Source: Candidatus Fervidifonticultor sextus (GTDB lineage Bacteria > Sysuimicrobiota > Sysuimicrobiia > Sysuimicrobiales > Humicultoraceae). From it: a stretch of DNA of 64,000 bases. The stretch lies in the NCBI GenBank assembly GCA_031459875.1, contig JAVKHQ010000012.1, forward strand, positions 14,848-78,847, given 5' to 3'. Position 1 is the first letter of the stretch. Every line of letters begins with the position of its first letter. The notes below the pieces were generated by a model. It searched no databases and had not been told where the DNA came from. It was given only the letters and a program-made list of their open reading frames with translations. Positions 35,477-44,979 of the stretch are shown one piece after another. The translations under genes were made by a program, and so were the position numbers.

Positions 35477-36616
35477 CTACTTCAGCGCGTCCAGCGTCGT
35501 GAGGATCACCTGGCGGACGAACCGGGGGTTGTGGACCCCGAAACTGCCGTCGCCCTCCACCAGCCAGTAGTTCCACCCCGCGCGCACGATCGGATCGCTG
35601 GTGGCAAACGTTGGCCGACCGGCGGCGTCCCGGAGTTCCCCGAGCTGGGTTGTGATCCTCCGCCCGGTGGACAGATGCAACACCACGCCCTGTTGGCCGG
35701 CGACCTCGGTCAACTCGATCCGGGCGATGGTGACCGGGTCAATCGTCACAGTTTCGGTAAACGCGTACACCTTGGCATCCCACGCCCGCGCCGCCCGGAT
35801 CCGGTCCCGGCTGGCGAGAATCTTGCCCGTGATGACCTCCTCCAATTCATGGATCAGCGTCTTGGTCGGGCCCTGGACGCGGGCCGTCGTCATCTCACGG
35901 CCGTGGCAGCGGCTGCAGACCATCGGGTCCGCCTTGAAGGTGTGGGGCTCCTTGCTCATGCGCACGTGGCACGTCACGCAGGAATCCCCGATGAACGACG
36001 CATGGGGCGAGATGAAGTTGTTGCCGTAGTCGAGGAAGTAGACGTTCTTGCCCATGATGACGTCGCCCTGGGAGGATGTGTGGGGGGCGGTGTACCGGCG
36101 TGGATCCTCCTGGTTCCAGACGATGGCGCCGTTGCGCGAGTTGTGGCAGAGCATGCACTGAGCGCCCAGGCCCACCCCGATGGCGCGGAAGCCGGCCGGG
36201 AGCAGCGGGGTGCTGCCCGCCTGACGGAGGGTGAAGTCGGCCTGGTGGCAGGTCGTGCAGGTGATGGGCCGCACGCTGAACCGGCTCAGCCCGATCCCGA
36301 CCAGATAGGGCACGTCGGCGGCGGACCCATCGGGTTTGGCGATCAGGCCGGGGTTCCCCCGCTGCATCTGCGGCAGCCAGGCCAGGAAGCCCTGCTCGGC
36401 ATGGCACCGGCCGCAGTGGGCGGCGACCGGCCCGCGGCGGCCGTCGGCCGTCGCTTCCAGGGTGGGGCGGAGGCGGTTCGCGTGCTTTGACTTCGCCCAC
36501 TGGGCGCGCTGGTCGGCCTGGGCCCGGACCGCCGCCACGCCCACGCCGAAGAGGACAACAGCGGCAAGTGCGACCACCCAGAAGGAGGTAAGTGCACGGC
36601 CCCAGCGCACGAGCAT
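35477..36616 (-). CDS. Exported pentaheme cytochrome c with NrfA/OcwA-like C-terminal GxHNP motif
   Basis: Signal peptide, 5 CxxCH motifs, PHxxxQGD, EGDGSFGVHNP; GAGGG RBS before ATG 36616. Confidence 0.82.
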   Translation of the reverse strand: MLVRWGRALTSFWVVALAAVVLFGVGVAAVRAQADQRAQWAKSKHANRLRPTLEATADGRRGPVAAHCGRCHAEQGFLAWLPQMQRGNPGLIAKPDGSAADVPYLVGIGLSRFSVRPITCTTCHQADFTLRQAGSTPLLPAGFRAIGVGLGAQCMLCHNSRNGAIVWNQEDPRRYTAPHTSSQGDVIMGKNVYFLDYGNNFISPHASFIGDSCVTCHVRMSKEPHTFKADPMVCSRCHGREMTTARVQGPTKTLIHELEEVITGKILASRDRIRAARAWDAKVYAFTETVTIDPVTIARIELTEVAGQQGVVLHLSTGRRITTQLGELRDAAGRPTFATSDPIVRAGWNYWLVEGDGSFGVHNPRFVRQVILTTLDALK

Positions 36617-36794
36617 CACCCTCGGGTCCCGTCGCTCCCCTGTCGGCGGGCGATTTTTGATGAGTATGTTTCGTGGAACCAGGGGCACTTCCTGCTGGCG
36701 CGCTCCCTGGTTACGCGTCGGCTCACGAGCACGTCGGCGGCCGACGGGCCAAGCGCCCGCGGCCGCCGTGGGGCGCGCCGTGCTGTGCGGCCCC

Positions 36795-37913
36795 CTACTT
36801 GCCCAGACTGTGGATCCCTCTGACGTTGGCCGCCGCCCAGGCCTTGGTCCGATCTGAGTGACAGCGCAGGCAGACGAACTCCAGCGTGTTCGCGGGGCTG
36901 CCCACCGCGCGCCCGTCGGGCGTGAACAGGCTGGCGTCGGGGTCAGTGTTGATCTTGAACAGGTGGCTGGGGTCGTCGGCCTCCCACCGGCTCCTCGCCA
37001 CCGCGTTGGGCCCCGTGTTCGGCATGTGGCAGCTCGTGCACGCTAGGCGTGCGAGTTGATGCTTGCTGCCCCGGAAGGCCGCCGCGTTGCCGGTGTGGCA
37101 GTTCTCGCACGTGCCGGTGGCCTTGACCTGGCGGGCGCGTCGGTGCGGGTCGTGGCAGGTCACGCAGGAGAGCCCCGCCCGGTTGTGCGGGCTGGCGAGG
37201 AATTCCTGATACTGCTCCCGGTGTTGGACCCAACCGCCGGCTGCGGGGATCACGCTCATGTCGGTGCCGCGCCGGTGGCACTGGCCGCACAGCGACGCGC
37301 TGCGCTCGAGGCGGATGTTGGCCTTCGACGGATTCGACGCGTGCACCTGACCCCGCCCGTGACACGCCTCGCACTGGACGCCGTTGAGCGCCCAGGTGCC
37401 GATCAGCCCTGGCCTGCGGAGCTGGTTGCCGATGGGCACATACCCGGTGGTGTGGCATTCCCCGCAGTCGTAGGGCAGCCTGCGGCCGGGTTCATAGTTG
37501 ACCCACTGGGCGGTCTCGAGGTTGAACTGGTTGCGACCCGAAATCTTCCCGTCCGGACTGCCGGTCAGGATGAAGCCGTCCTGCCCCACGTAGCGGGCCT
37601 TCCAGCGGAAGCCGCCGATCACGAAGAGGACGTCGTCCCAGGAGACGTAGTCGGGCTTGGGTAATCCGGCCGCCCGTGCCTCGGCAGCGGTCCGCAGCTT
37701 GGCCGGGTGGCCCGTGGTGCGGAAGGTGTCGTAGATCGGCCGGTGGCAGGTGGCGCAGGTTTCGGAGCCCACGTACCCGGCCCCGAAGAATCCGGTCGGG
37801 CGGGGCGCCGCAGACGGCCCCCGCGGGCCTGCCACGAGCAGCACCCCGAAGGCGAGGGTGCCGAACACGAGGGCGGTCAGGATGCAGACCACGCATGAAC
37901 CGACCCTCCCCAT
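36795..37913 (-). CDS. Octaheme cytochrome c
   Basis: N-terminal TM/signal, YVGSETCATCH, GVQCEACHG.G..H, 8 CxxCH motifs. Confidence 0.88.
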   Translation of the reverse strand: MGRVGSCVVCILTALVFGTLAFGVLLVAGPRGPSAAPRPTGFFGAGYVGSETCATCHRPIYDTFRTTGHPAKLRTAAEARAAGLPKPDYVSWDDVLFVIGGFRWKARYVGQDGFILTGSPDGKISGRNQFNLETAQWVNYEPGRRLPYDCGECHTTGYVPIGNQLRRPGLIGTWALNGVQCEACHGRGQVHASNPSKANIRLERSASLCGQCHRRGTDMSVIPAAGGWVQHREQYQEFLASPHNRAGLSCVTCHDPHRRARQVKATGTCENCHTGNAAAFRGSKHQLARLACTSCHMPNTGPNAVARSRWEADDPSHLFKINTDPDASLFTPDGRAVGSPANTLEFVCLRCHSDRTKAWAAANVRGIHSLGK

Positions 37914-37959
37914 CGAGTGGGTCTGGCCCCCTCACCCCCGGAGGCCGTGCGTCCGGCTT

Positions 37960-38331
37960 CTACTTCCTGGGCTTCGAGGCCGGATTGCCAGGGTGCGTTC
38001 CGGCTTTGATTTCGTCCAGGTTGCTGAACCCGTCCTTGTCGGAGTCGAGCTTCTCGATAGACTGCAGGATCTTGGCGTCCACGGCCTTGCCCGCCGCAGC
38101 CTTGCCCACGTCCGCCCCGTAGGGGTTGAGGTTCGTTTTCGCCGGCGGCATGGCCGTGTGGCACACGGTACACGGCATCGCCTTGGCCAGGTCGGTCCCG
38201 TCCTTGATGTAGGCCCCGTAGGTCTGCCTGAAGACCGCGGCGTCGGGCGCCTTGGCGGCAGCCCAGGTCACCGCGGCGACCACCGTGAGGGCGGCCAACC
38301 CCACCCAGACGGACCTGCGCAACTTCGGCAC
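37960..38331 (-). CDS. Small monoheme cytochrome c with C-terminal DxDxDG Ca-binding-like motif
   Basis: GGGAGGG RBS, signal peptide, CTVCH, LNPYG.D, DSDKDGFSNLDEIKAGTHPG. Confidence 0.82.
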   Translation of the reverse strand: MPKLRRSVWVGLAALTVVAAVTWAAAKAPDAAVFRQTYGAYIKDGTDLAKAMPCTVCHTAMPPAKTNLNPYGADVGKAAAGKAVDAKILQSIEKLDSDKDGFSNLDEIKAGTHPGNPASKPRK

Positions 38332-38648
38332 GGAGATCCCTCCCTGCGTGTTCACCGGTCGGCCTCGGGCGGCCACCAGGCATCCTCAACAGGATGCCCC
38401 AAGCATCCATGCTACCCGGCCTGGCGCGCTCTTGCGACACAGTCTAGCCCCAGTCGTCCTCCGGTGACAATACGGTCTGCCCCCGATGCAGCCCGCCCGG
38501 CTGAGAGCCGAGGGATCTGCCATCGCATGACGGCCGCCCGCCAGCGGCCGACCGCGTCAGGTGTCCGGCGGAAGCGCAGGAATCGAGCGGTCACCTGATA
38601 TTCCCGCATCGAGGCAACCCGGATAATGCAGGCAGGAAGCGCCGTGCC

Positions 38649-39419
38649 ATGAAGGTGGCGATTTCCGGGAAGGGCGGCGTGGGCAAGACCACGGTCGCGG
38701 CCCTGCTGGCTGCCGAGCTGGTCCGCCGGGGGTACCGCGTCACCGCCGTCGACGCCGATCCGAACCCTACCCTGGCGGCCGCCCTCGGCTTTCCGCCCGT
38801 GCCCGTGATTCCCCTGCTCGAGATGAAAGACGAGATCGAGCAGCGCGTCGGCGGTGCCGACGGCTTCATCCGGCTCAACCCCCAGGTGGACGACCTGGTC
38901 ACCCGCGCGGCGGTGACCCACGGCGGGATCCAGCTGATCGTCGCCGGCGCCATCACCCGCGGCGGCGGGGGGTGCGCGTGTCCCCAGAGCGTGCTGCTGC
39001 GCCGGCTCCTGGAGCACCTCGTGCTGGAGCGCGACGAGGCGGTGGTGATCGACCTGGAGGCGGGCCTGGAGCACCTCGGCCGGCGCAGCGCACAGGCTTC
39101 CGATGCGCTCCTGGTCGTGGTGGATCCCAGCCGCGCGAGCCTGGAGACCGCCGGGCGCATCCGCCGCCTGGCGTCGGAGATCGGCATCACGCAGGTGCTG
39201 GCGGTCGCCAACCGGGTCAGGGGAGCCGGCGATGCGCTGTACGTCGCCGCCCACCTCGACGGCCTCGACCTGATCGCCTCGATTCCCTACAGCGAAGGCC
39301 TCGCGGACGCCGAGCGGCAGGGCGGGGAGGCTGCCGGCGTCGATCCGGCGGTGGCGGAGGCGGTCAGGCGGCTGGCCGATGCACTGACAACGCGGACGAG
39401 AGGGAGGGTCAGGCCATGA
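38649..39419 (+). CDS. cooC: CO dehydrogenase nickel-insertion ATPase CooC
   Basis: SGKGGVGKTT, DADP, GGGCACP, DLEAGLEHLGR. Confidence 0.92.
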   Translation: MKVAISGKGGVGKTTVAALLAAELVRRGYRVTAVDADPNPTLAAALGFPPVPVIPLLEMKDEIEQRVGGADGFIRLNPQVDDLVTRAAVTHGGIQLIVAGAITRGGGGCACPQSVLLRRLLEHLVLERDEAVVIDLEAGLEHLGRRSAQASDALLVVVDPSRASLETAGRIRRLASEIGITQVLAVANRVRGAGDALYVAAHLDGLDLIASIPYSEGLADAERQGGEAAGVDPAVAEAVRRLADALTTRTRGRVRP

Positions 39420-41386
39420 GCGAGTCGGTGCCGGCCCAGGTTCGGACCGATCCCGCCAGCCTGCAGATGCGGGAGCGGGCGAAGGCCCAGGGCATCGGGA
39501 CCATCTGGGACCGCTACAGCGCCCTGGGCTCCCAATGCCGCGTGGGGGAACTGGGGATCTGCTGCACGATCTGCCATCTGGGGCCGTGTAATCTGGGCCT
39601 GCCAGGGAGCCGGCGGCCGCAGGTGGGGGTGTGCGGGGCCACCCTCGATACCGTGGCGGCCCGCCGCCTGGCCCGCGACATGGCCGCCGGGTCAGCCGCC
39701 CACTCCGACCACGGCCGGTCGGTGGCGCACCTCCTCCTGATGGCGGCCCGGGGCCAGGCCCCGGGGTATGGCATCAAGGATGAGCGCAAGCTGCGGACGC
39801 TGGCGGCCGAACTGGGCGTGGCCGCCGACGGCCGCACGGCGGCCGAGGTCGCCGAGGGCGTCGCGCAAGCCTGCCTTGAGCAGTTCGGCCAGCAGGACGG
39901 CGAGTTGCCCTTCACCCGCCGCGCCCCCGCCAGGCAGCAGGAGACCTGGCGCCGACTCGGGATCGCCCCGCGCGGCATCGACCGCGAGATCGTGGACGTG
40001 ATGCACCGCACCAACATGGGCGTGGACAACGACTACCGGAGCATCATCCTGGCCGGTATCCGCAGCGCGCTGGCCGACGGGTGGGGCGGTTCGATGATCG
40101 CCACCGACCTGCAAGACGTTCTCTTCGGGACGCCCCGGCCGATCCGGGCGCGGATGAACCTGGGCGTGCTGGCCGCCGACCAGGTGAACATTCTGGTGCA
40201 CGGGCACGAGCCGATGCTGGCCGAGGCCATCGTGGACGCGGCGGCCGATCCCGCGCTGCTGGCCCAGGCGAAGGCAGTGGGCGCCTCCGGCATCAACGTC
40301 GCCGGCATCTGCTGCACCGCCAACGAGGTGCTGATGCGCCGCGGCATCCCCATCGCCGGCAACTTCCTCCAGCAGGAACTGGCGATGATCACCGGGGCCG
40401 TGGACGCGTTCCTGGTGGACGTCCAGTGCATCATGCCGGGGCTGGTGGAGGTCGCCTCCTGCTTCCACACCGAGATCATCGCCACGTCCGCCAAGGCGCG
40501 GATCCCCGGCACCGTCCAGATCGAATTCTCCGAGGACCGCGCACCGGAGGCCGCCCGCGAGATCGTGGCCCGGGCGGTGGCCAATTTCACGCGGCGGGAC
40601 CCCACCCGCGTGGTCATCCCCGACCACCGGATGGATGTGGTGGCCGGGTTCTCCACCGAATCGATCGCTCCGATCCTGGGCGGCACCTTCCGCGGCGGCT
40701 GGCGGCCGCTCAACGACGGCATCATGGCCGGCCGCATCCGGGGCGTGGTCGGCGTGGTCGGGTGTGATTCTCCCAAGCAGGTCCAGGATCAGGGCCATCT
40801 GGACCTGGTCTACGAGTTGCTGCGCCACGACGTCCTGGTGGTGCAGACCGGCTGCTCGGCCATCGCCTGCGGCAAGGCCGGATTGCTGCAGCCGGAGGCC
40901 GCCTTCCGGCACGCGGGGCGGGGCCTGCAGGAGATCTGCGAGGCGGTCGGCATCCCGCCGGTGCTGCACACGGGCTCGTGCGTGGACAACAGCCGGATCC
41001 TGACCGCCTGCATCGAGATGGTGAAGGAAGGCGGGGTGGGCCGCTCCTTCGACGAACTGCCGGTGGCGGCCGCGGCGCCCGGGTGGTGGTCGGAGAAGGC
41101 CATCGCCATCGGCTTCTACGCCGTGGCCTCGGGGATCCTGACGGTACTGGGGTCGCCGCTCAACATCCTGGGCAGCGAGGCCGTCACCCGCTACGTCACC
41201 GAGGAACTGGAGGGCGCGACCGGCGGCCGGTTCGCCTTCGAGTCCGATCCCGTCAAGGCAGCGGCGCTCATCGTCGCGCACCTGGACCGCAAGCGCGAGG
41301 CCCTCAAGCTGCGCCCGATGCTGTACGCGGTCATGCCGGCCCGCGAGCCCGTGGGGGTCGGTCCCGCAGGCGCGCGGGCGCCGTAA
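39416..41386 (+). CDS. cooS: Anaerobic Ni-CO dehydrogenase catalytic subunit (AcsA/CooS)
   Basis: C..G..GICCTICHLGPC, VCGA, AAHSDH, HGHEP, GICCTANE, DVQCI, GC, TGC, GSCVDNSR, SEKA; start at ATG 39416. Confidence 0.96.
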   Translation: MSESVPAQVRTDPASLQMRERAKAQGIGTIWDRYSALGSQCRVGELGICCTICHLGPCNLGLPGSRRPQVGVCGATLDTVAARRLARDMAAGSAAHSDHGRSVAHLLLMAARGQAPGYGIKDERKLRTLAAELGVAADGRTAAEVAEGVAQACLEQFGQQDGELPFTRRAPARQQETWRRLGIAPRGIDREIVDVMHRTNMGVDNDYRSIILAGIRSALADGWGGSMIATDLQDVLFGTPRPIRARMNLGVLAADQVNILVHGHEPMLAEAIVDAAADPALLAQAKAVGASGINVAGICCTANEVLMRRGIPIAGNFLQQELAMITGAVDAFLVDVQCIMPGLVEVASCFHTEIIATSAKARIPGTVQIEFSEDRAPEAAREIVARAVANFTRRDPTRVVIPDHRMDVVAGFSTESIAPILGGTFRGGWRPLNDGIMAGRIRGVVGVVGCDSPKQVQDQGHLDLVYELLRHDVLVVQTGCSAIACGKAGLLQPEAAFRHAGRGLQEICEAVGIPPVLHTGSCVDNSRILTACIEMVKEGGVGRSFDELPVAAAAPGWWSEKAIAIGFYAVASGILTVLGSPLNILGSEAVTRYVTEELEGATGGRFAFESDPVKAAALIVAHLDRKREALKLRPMLYAVMPAREPVGVGPAGARAP

Positions 41387-41407
41387 GGACGGCAGGAGGT
41401 ATCGGCC

Positions 41408-43594
41408 ATGTCGCGCATCATCGCCACCGCCGCGATCCGAGGGGCGCACAAGTACGTGGCGGAGGCGGAGGCCGCGCTTGCCCGGGCCATAGACGCCAGA
41501 GGCGGGGCGGCGAAGCTGGAATTCCCCAACACCGCCTTCTACCTGCCGCTGATCTACGCGCTCACCGGCGTCAAGGTGAAGACGCTGCAGGACGCCTGGG
41601 AGCCGCTGCGGATCGCGCGCAACCTGCTGCCGCCGGTGCCTACCGACCGGTTGTGGCTGCCCTACCTGGGCGACGCGCTGGACGCGGGGGTCGCGACCCT
41701 GATCGCCGAGGAGATCATCGAGGCCATCAGGTACGCCACCGACGGGCCGCCCGGCGGCATCTGGCTGGGGTTCACCGACGACGCCATCCTCCGCACCCAG
41801 GGGATCAAGCTGGTGGACGGCCGGATGCCGGGGTTCGCCGCGTGCGTGGGCGCCATGCCCACGGTGGACGCCGCCGTGCGCCTGGCGCGGGAACTGCAGG
41901 AGCGGAACGTCCTGGTGTTCCTGTCCAGCCACACCAACGGCACCAGCATGGCCGAGCAACTGGCCGACGCCGGGGTCGAGATGAGCTGGGACACCTACCT
42001 GGTCCCCTACGGCAAGGACACCAGCGCGACCGTGCACGCCCTCAACTTCGCGGCCCGCGCCGCCATGACGTTCGGCGGGCTCGTCCCGGGGGATCTGGCC
42101 CGGGCGCGGGAGATCCTGCTGTACAACAAGGCCCGGGTCCATGCCTTCGTCCTGGCCCTGGGGGAGGTGGACGACGAGAAGTACGCCACGGCCGCCGGCG
42201 CCATTAACTTCGGCTTCCCGGTCATCGCCGACACCGACATCCCGCAGATCCTGCCCACCGGGATCTGCACCTACGAGCACGTGGTCAGCCGGGTGCCCCA
42301 CGACCAACTGGTCGCCAAGGCCATCGAGGTCCGGGGCCTGCGGCTTAGGATCACCAAGATCCCCATCCCGGTCTCCTACAGCGCCGCCTTCGAGGGCGAG
42401 CGCGTCCGCAAGGAGCAGCTCCACGTCGAGTTCGGCCGGCAACTGGCGCCGGCCTTTGAGTACCTGCGCGGCCGGGACATGCACGAGGTCGAGGACGGCA
42501 AGATCGAGGTCATCGGGCCCGACCTCGACACCGCCGAGGTCGGGGGGCACATGCCGCTGGGCATCCTCGTCGAGGTGGCCGGCCGAAAGCTCCAGAAGGA
42601 CTTCGAGCCCATCCTGGAGCGCCAGGTCCACCGCTTCCTCAACGGGGCCATGGGGGTCATGCACATCGGCCAGCGCGACATCCCCTGGATCCGGATCAGC
42701 CGGGAGGCCGTGGCTGCCGGATTCCGGTTGCGGCACTTCGGGGATATCCTCCACGCCAAGTACCACGAGGAGTACCCGGCGCTGGTGGACAAGGTGCAGG
42801 TCACGATCTACACCGAGGCCGAGAGGATCCTGGAGATCCTGGAGGAGGCCCGCAAGGTCTGGGACGAGCGCGACGCGCGGGTCGCCGGGATGACCGACGA
42901 GACGGTGGATGTCTACTACTCGTGCACGCTGTGCCAGTCCTACGCGCCCAACCACGTCTGCATCATCACCCCCGAGCGGCTCGGCCTCTGCGGCGCCTAC
43001 AACTGGCTGGACGGCAAGGCCTCCTACGAGATCAATCCGGCCGGCCCCAACCAGCCGGTGGAGAAGGGCGCCTGCCTGGACGCCACCCTGGGGATGTACG
43101 AGGGGATCAACAGGTTCGTCTACGCCAAGTCCAACAAGACGGTGGAGCAGGTCAGCCTCTACTCCATGATCCAGCACCCGATGACCTCGTGCGGGTGCTT
43201 CGAGTGCATCATGGCCCTGGTCCCTGAGGCCAACGGCGTCATGGTGGTCAACCGCGAGTACACCGGGATGACCCCGGTGGGCATGACCTTCAGCACCCTG
43301 GCCGGGATGGTCGGCGGGGGGATCCAGACGCCGGGCTTCCTGGGCGTGGGACGCCTCTACCTGACGAGCCGGAAGTTCATCCCGGCCGAAGGCGGCCTGC
43401 CCCGGCTGGTGTGGATGCCCAGGGAATTGAAAGAGGCCCTGGCCGATCGCCTGCGCGCCCGCGCCAGAGAACTGGGGGACGAGACGCTGGTGGACAAGAT
43501 CGCCGACGAGACGGTGGCGACCACCGCCGAGGAGCTCGTGGCCTTCCTGGAGCGCGTGGGGCACCCGGCGCTGCGGATGCCGGCCCTCATCTGA
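41408..43594 (+). CDS. acsB: Acetyl-CoA synthase (bacterial AcsB)
   Basis: FPNTAFYLP, YSCTLCQSYAPNHVC, LCGAYNW, PMTSCGCFE, RLVWMP. Confidence 0.97.
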   Translation: MSRIIATAAIRGAHKYVAEAEAALARAIDARGGAAKLEFPNTAFYLPLIYALTGVKVKTLQDAWEPLRIARNLLPPVPTDRLWLPYLGDALDAGVATLIAEEIIEAIRYATDGPPGGIWLGFTDDAILRTQGIKLVDGRMPGFAACVGAMPTVDAAVRLARELQERNVLVFLSSHTNGTSMAEQLADAGVEMSWDTYLVPYGKDTSATVHALNFAARAAMTFGGLVPGDLARAREILLYNKARVHAFVLALGEVDDEKYATAAGAINFGFPVIADTDIPQILPTGICTYEHVVSRVPHDQLVAKAIEVRGLRLRITKIPIPVSYSAAFEGERVRKEQLHVEFGRQLAPAFEYLRGRDMHEVEDGKIEVIGPDLDTAEVGGHMPLGILVEVAGRKLQKDFEPILERQVHRFLNGAMGVMHIGQRDIPWIRISREAVAAGFRLRHFGDILHAKYHEEYPALVDKVQVTIYTEAERILEILEEARKVWDERDARVAGMTDETVDVYYSCTLCQSYAPNHVCIITPERLGLCGAYNWLDGKASYEINPAGPNQPVEKGACLDATLGMYEGINRFVYAKSNKTVEQVSLYSMIQHPMTSCGCFECIMALVPEANGVMVVNREYTGMTPVGMTFSTLAGMVGGGIQTPGFLGVGRLYLTSRKFIPAEGGLPRLVWMPRELKEALADRLRARARELGDETLVDKIADETVATTAEELVAFLERVGHPALRMPALI

Positions 43595-43610
43595 AGACGG
43601 GAGGCGCCCG

Positions 43611-44966
43611 ATGCCGCTGACCGCCCTGGACATCTACAAGCTCCTGCCTAAGACCAACTGCGGGGAGTGTGGTTTCCCCACCTGCCTGGCCTTTGCCATG
43701 CAGCTCGCCACTAAGAAGGCCAGCCTGGAGGCCTGCCCGTATGCCAGCGACGACGCCAAGGCGACGCTGGCCGGGGCCGCCATGCCGCCCATCCGCTTGG
43801 TCACCATCGGCCCTGAGGAGCAGTGCATCGTGATGGGCAAGGAGACCGTGCTCTTCCGCCACGAGGAGACCTTCTACCATCCAACCCCGATCGCGGTGCG
43901 CGTCCCCTCCGATCGCTCCCGGGAAGACCTGCGGGGCGCCTTCGAGCGGATTCGCGCCCTGCAGTTCGAGCGCGTGGGTCAGATGCTGCGGGTGGAGCTG
44001 GTGGCCCTCCACGACCGGACCCGGGACGTCGGGCATTTTGTCGCCGCCGCACGCGAGGCGGACGAGATGGGGCTGGCTCTGGTGCTGATGAGCGAGGACC
44101 CCTCTGTGCTGCAGACCGCCGCGGAGGCGCTGGGTGGGCGCCGCCCCCTGCTCTACGCGGCCACCGCCGACACCTGGGAGGCCATGGCGCAGGTGGCCAG
44201 GGCCCACCGGTGCCCGCTGGCGGTTAGGGGCCACAACCTGGACGAGCTGGCGGATCTTGCGGCCCGCATTGCCGCCTTGGGGGTGACCGATCTGGTGATC
44301 GACAGCGGCGCGCGCAGCCACGCCCGGGCGCTCCAGGACCTGACCCAGATCCGCCGGCTGGCGCTGCGCAAGACCTTCCGGCCGCTGGGCTACCCGGCGA
44401 TGGCCTTCGTGACCGCGTCCGACCCCCTGGACGTGGTCATGGAGGGGACGGCGTACATCGCCAAGTACGCGGCGCTGCTGGTGACGGACGAGCTGGAACC
44501 CTGGCAGGCGCTGGCGCTGCTCACCGCGCGCCAGAACATCTACACCGATCCGCAGAAGCCGATCCAGGTCGAGCCCGGCATTCACACGGTGGGTGCGCCC
44601 GACGAGACCTCCCCGGTCCTGGTGACCACCAACTTCTCGCTGACCTACTTCACGGTGGAGGCCGACACGGAGGCCAGCCGGACCCCGGCCTGGATCGTCG
44701 TGGTGAATACGGAAGGTCAGTCGGTCATGACCGCGTGGGCCGCCGACAAGTTCAACGCCGAGACGATCGCCAGGGCGATCGCCGAGTCCGGGATCGCCGA
44801 GCGGGTCAGACACCGCTGTGCGGTCATCCCGGGCGGCGTGGCCGCCATCAGCGGCAAACTCGAAGAACTCAGCGGCTGGCAGATCATGGTGGGCCCGCGG
44901 GAGTCGGCGGGCATTCCCGCCTTCATGCGGACCCGGTGGAAACAGGTCGCCTCGGCGACCGTCTGA
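43611..44966 (+). CDS. acsC: Corrinoid Fe-S protein large subunit
   Basis: LPKTNCGECGFPTCLAFA, ETVLFRHE, RQNIYTDPQKP, TTNFSLTY, GPRES. Confidence 0.96.
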   Translation: MPLTALDIYKLLPKTNCGECGFPTCLAFAMQLATKKASLEACPYASDDAKATLAGAAMPPIRLVTIGPEEQCIVMGKETVLFRHEETFYHPTPIAVRVPSDRSREDLRGAFERIRALQFERVGQMLRVELVALHDRTRDVGHFVAAAREADEMGLALVLMSEDPSVLQTAAEALGGRRPLLYAATADTWEAMAQVARAHRCPLAVRGHNLDELADLAARIAALGVTDLVIDSGARSHARALQDLTQIRRLALRKTFRPLGYPAMAFVTASDPLDVVMEGTAYIAKYAALLVTDELEPWQALALLTARQNIYTDPQKPIQVEPGIHTVGAPDETSPVLVTTNFSLTYFTVEADTEASRTPAWIVVVNTEGQSVMTAWAADKFNAETIARAIAESGIAERVRHRCAVIPGGVAAISGKLEELSGWQIMVGPRESAGIPAFMRTRWKQVASATV

Positions 44967-44979
44967 GGGGGGAGGGGTG

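Noticed and set aside
35477..36616. Calling the pentaheme protein NrfA nitrite reductase
   Set aside because: All five motifs are CxxCH with no CxxCK, and I could not recognise the NrfA catalytic motifs; only the C-terminal GxHNP is similar.
37878..37895. CVVC in the octaheme N-terminus as a ninth heme site
   Set aside because: It is followed by Ile, not His, and lies in the signal/TM segment.
38450..38535. CooA/CRP-type box upstream of cooC
   Set aside because: Only single TGACA/TGACG half-sites are present, without a correctly spaced partner.
39692..43633. 1313-aa minus-strand ORF (likewise 44923-48441, 55641-58793, 22342-25143, 8567-10600)
   Set aside because: Antisense shadows of well-supported plus-strand genes in high-GC DNA; no recognisable motifs.
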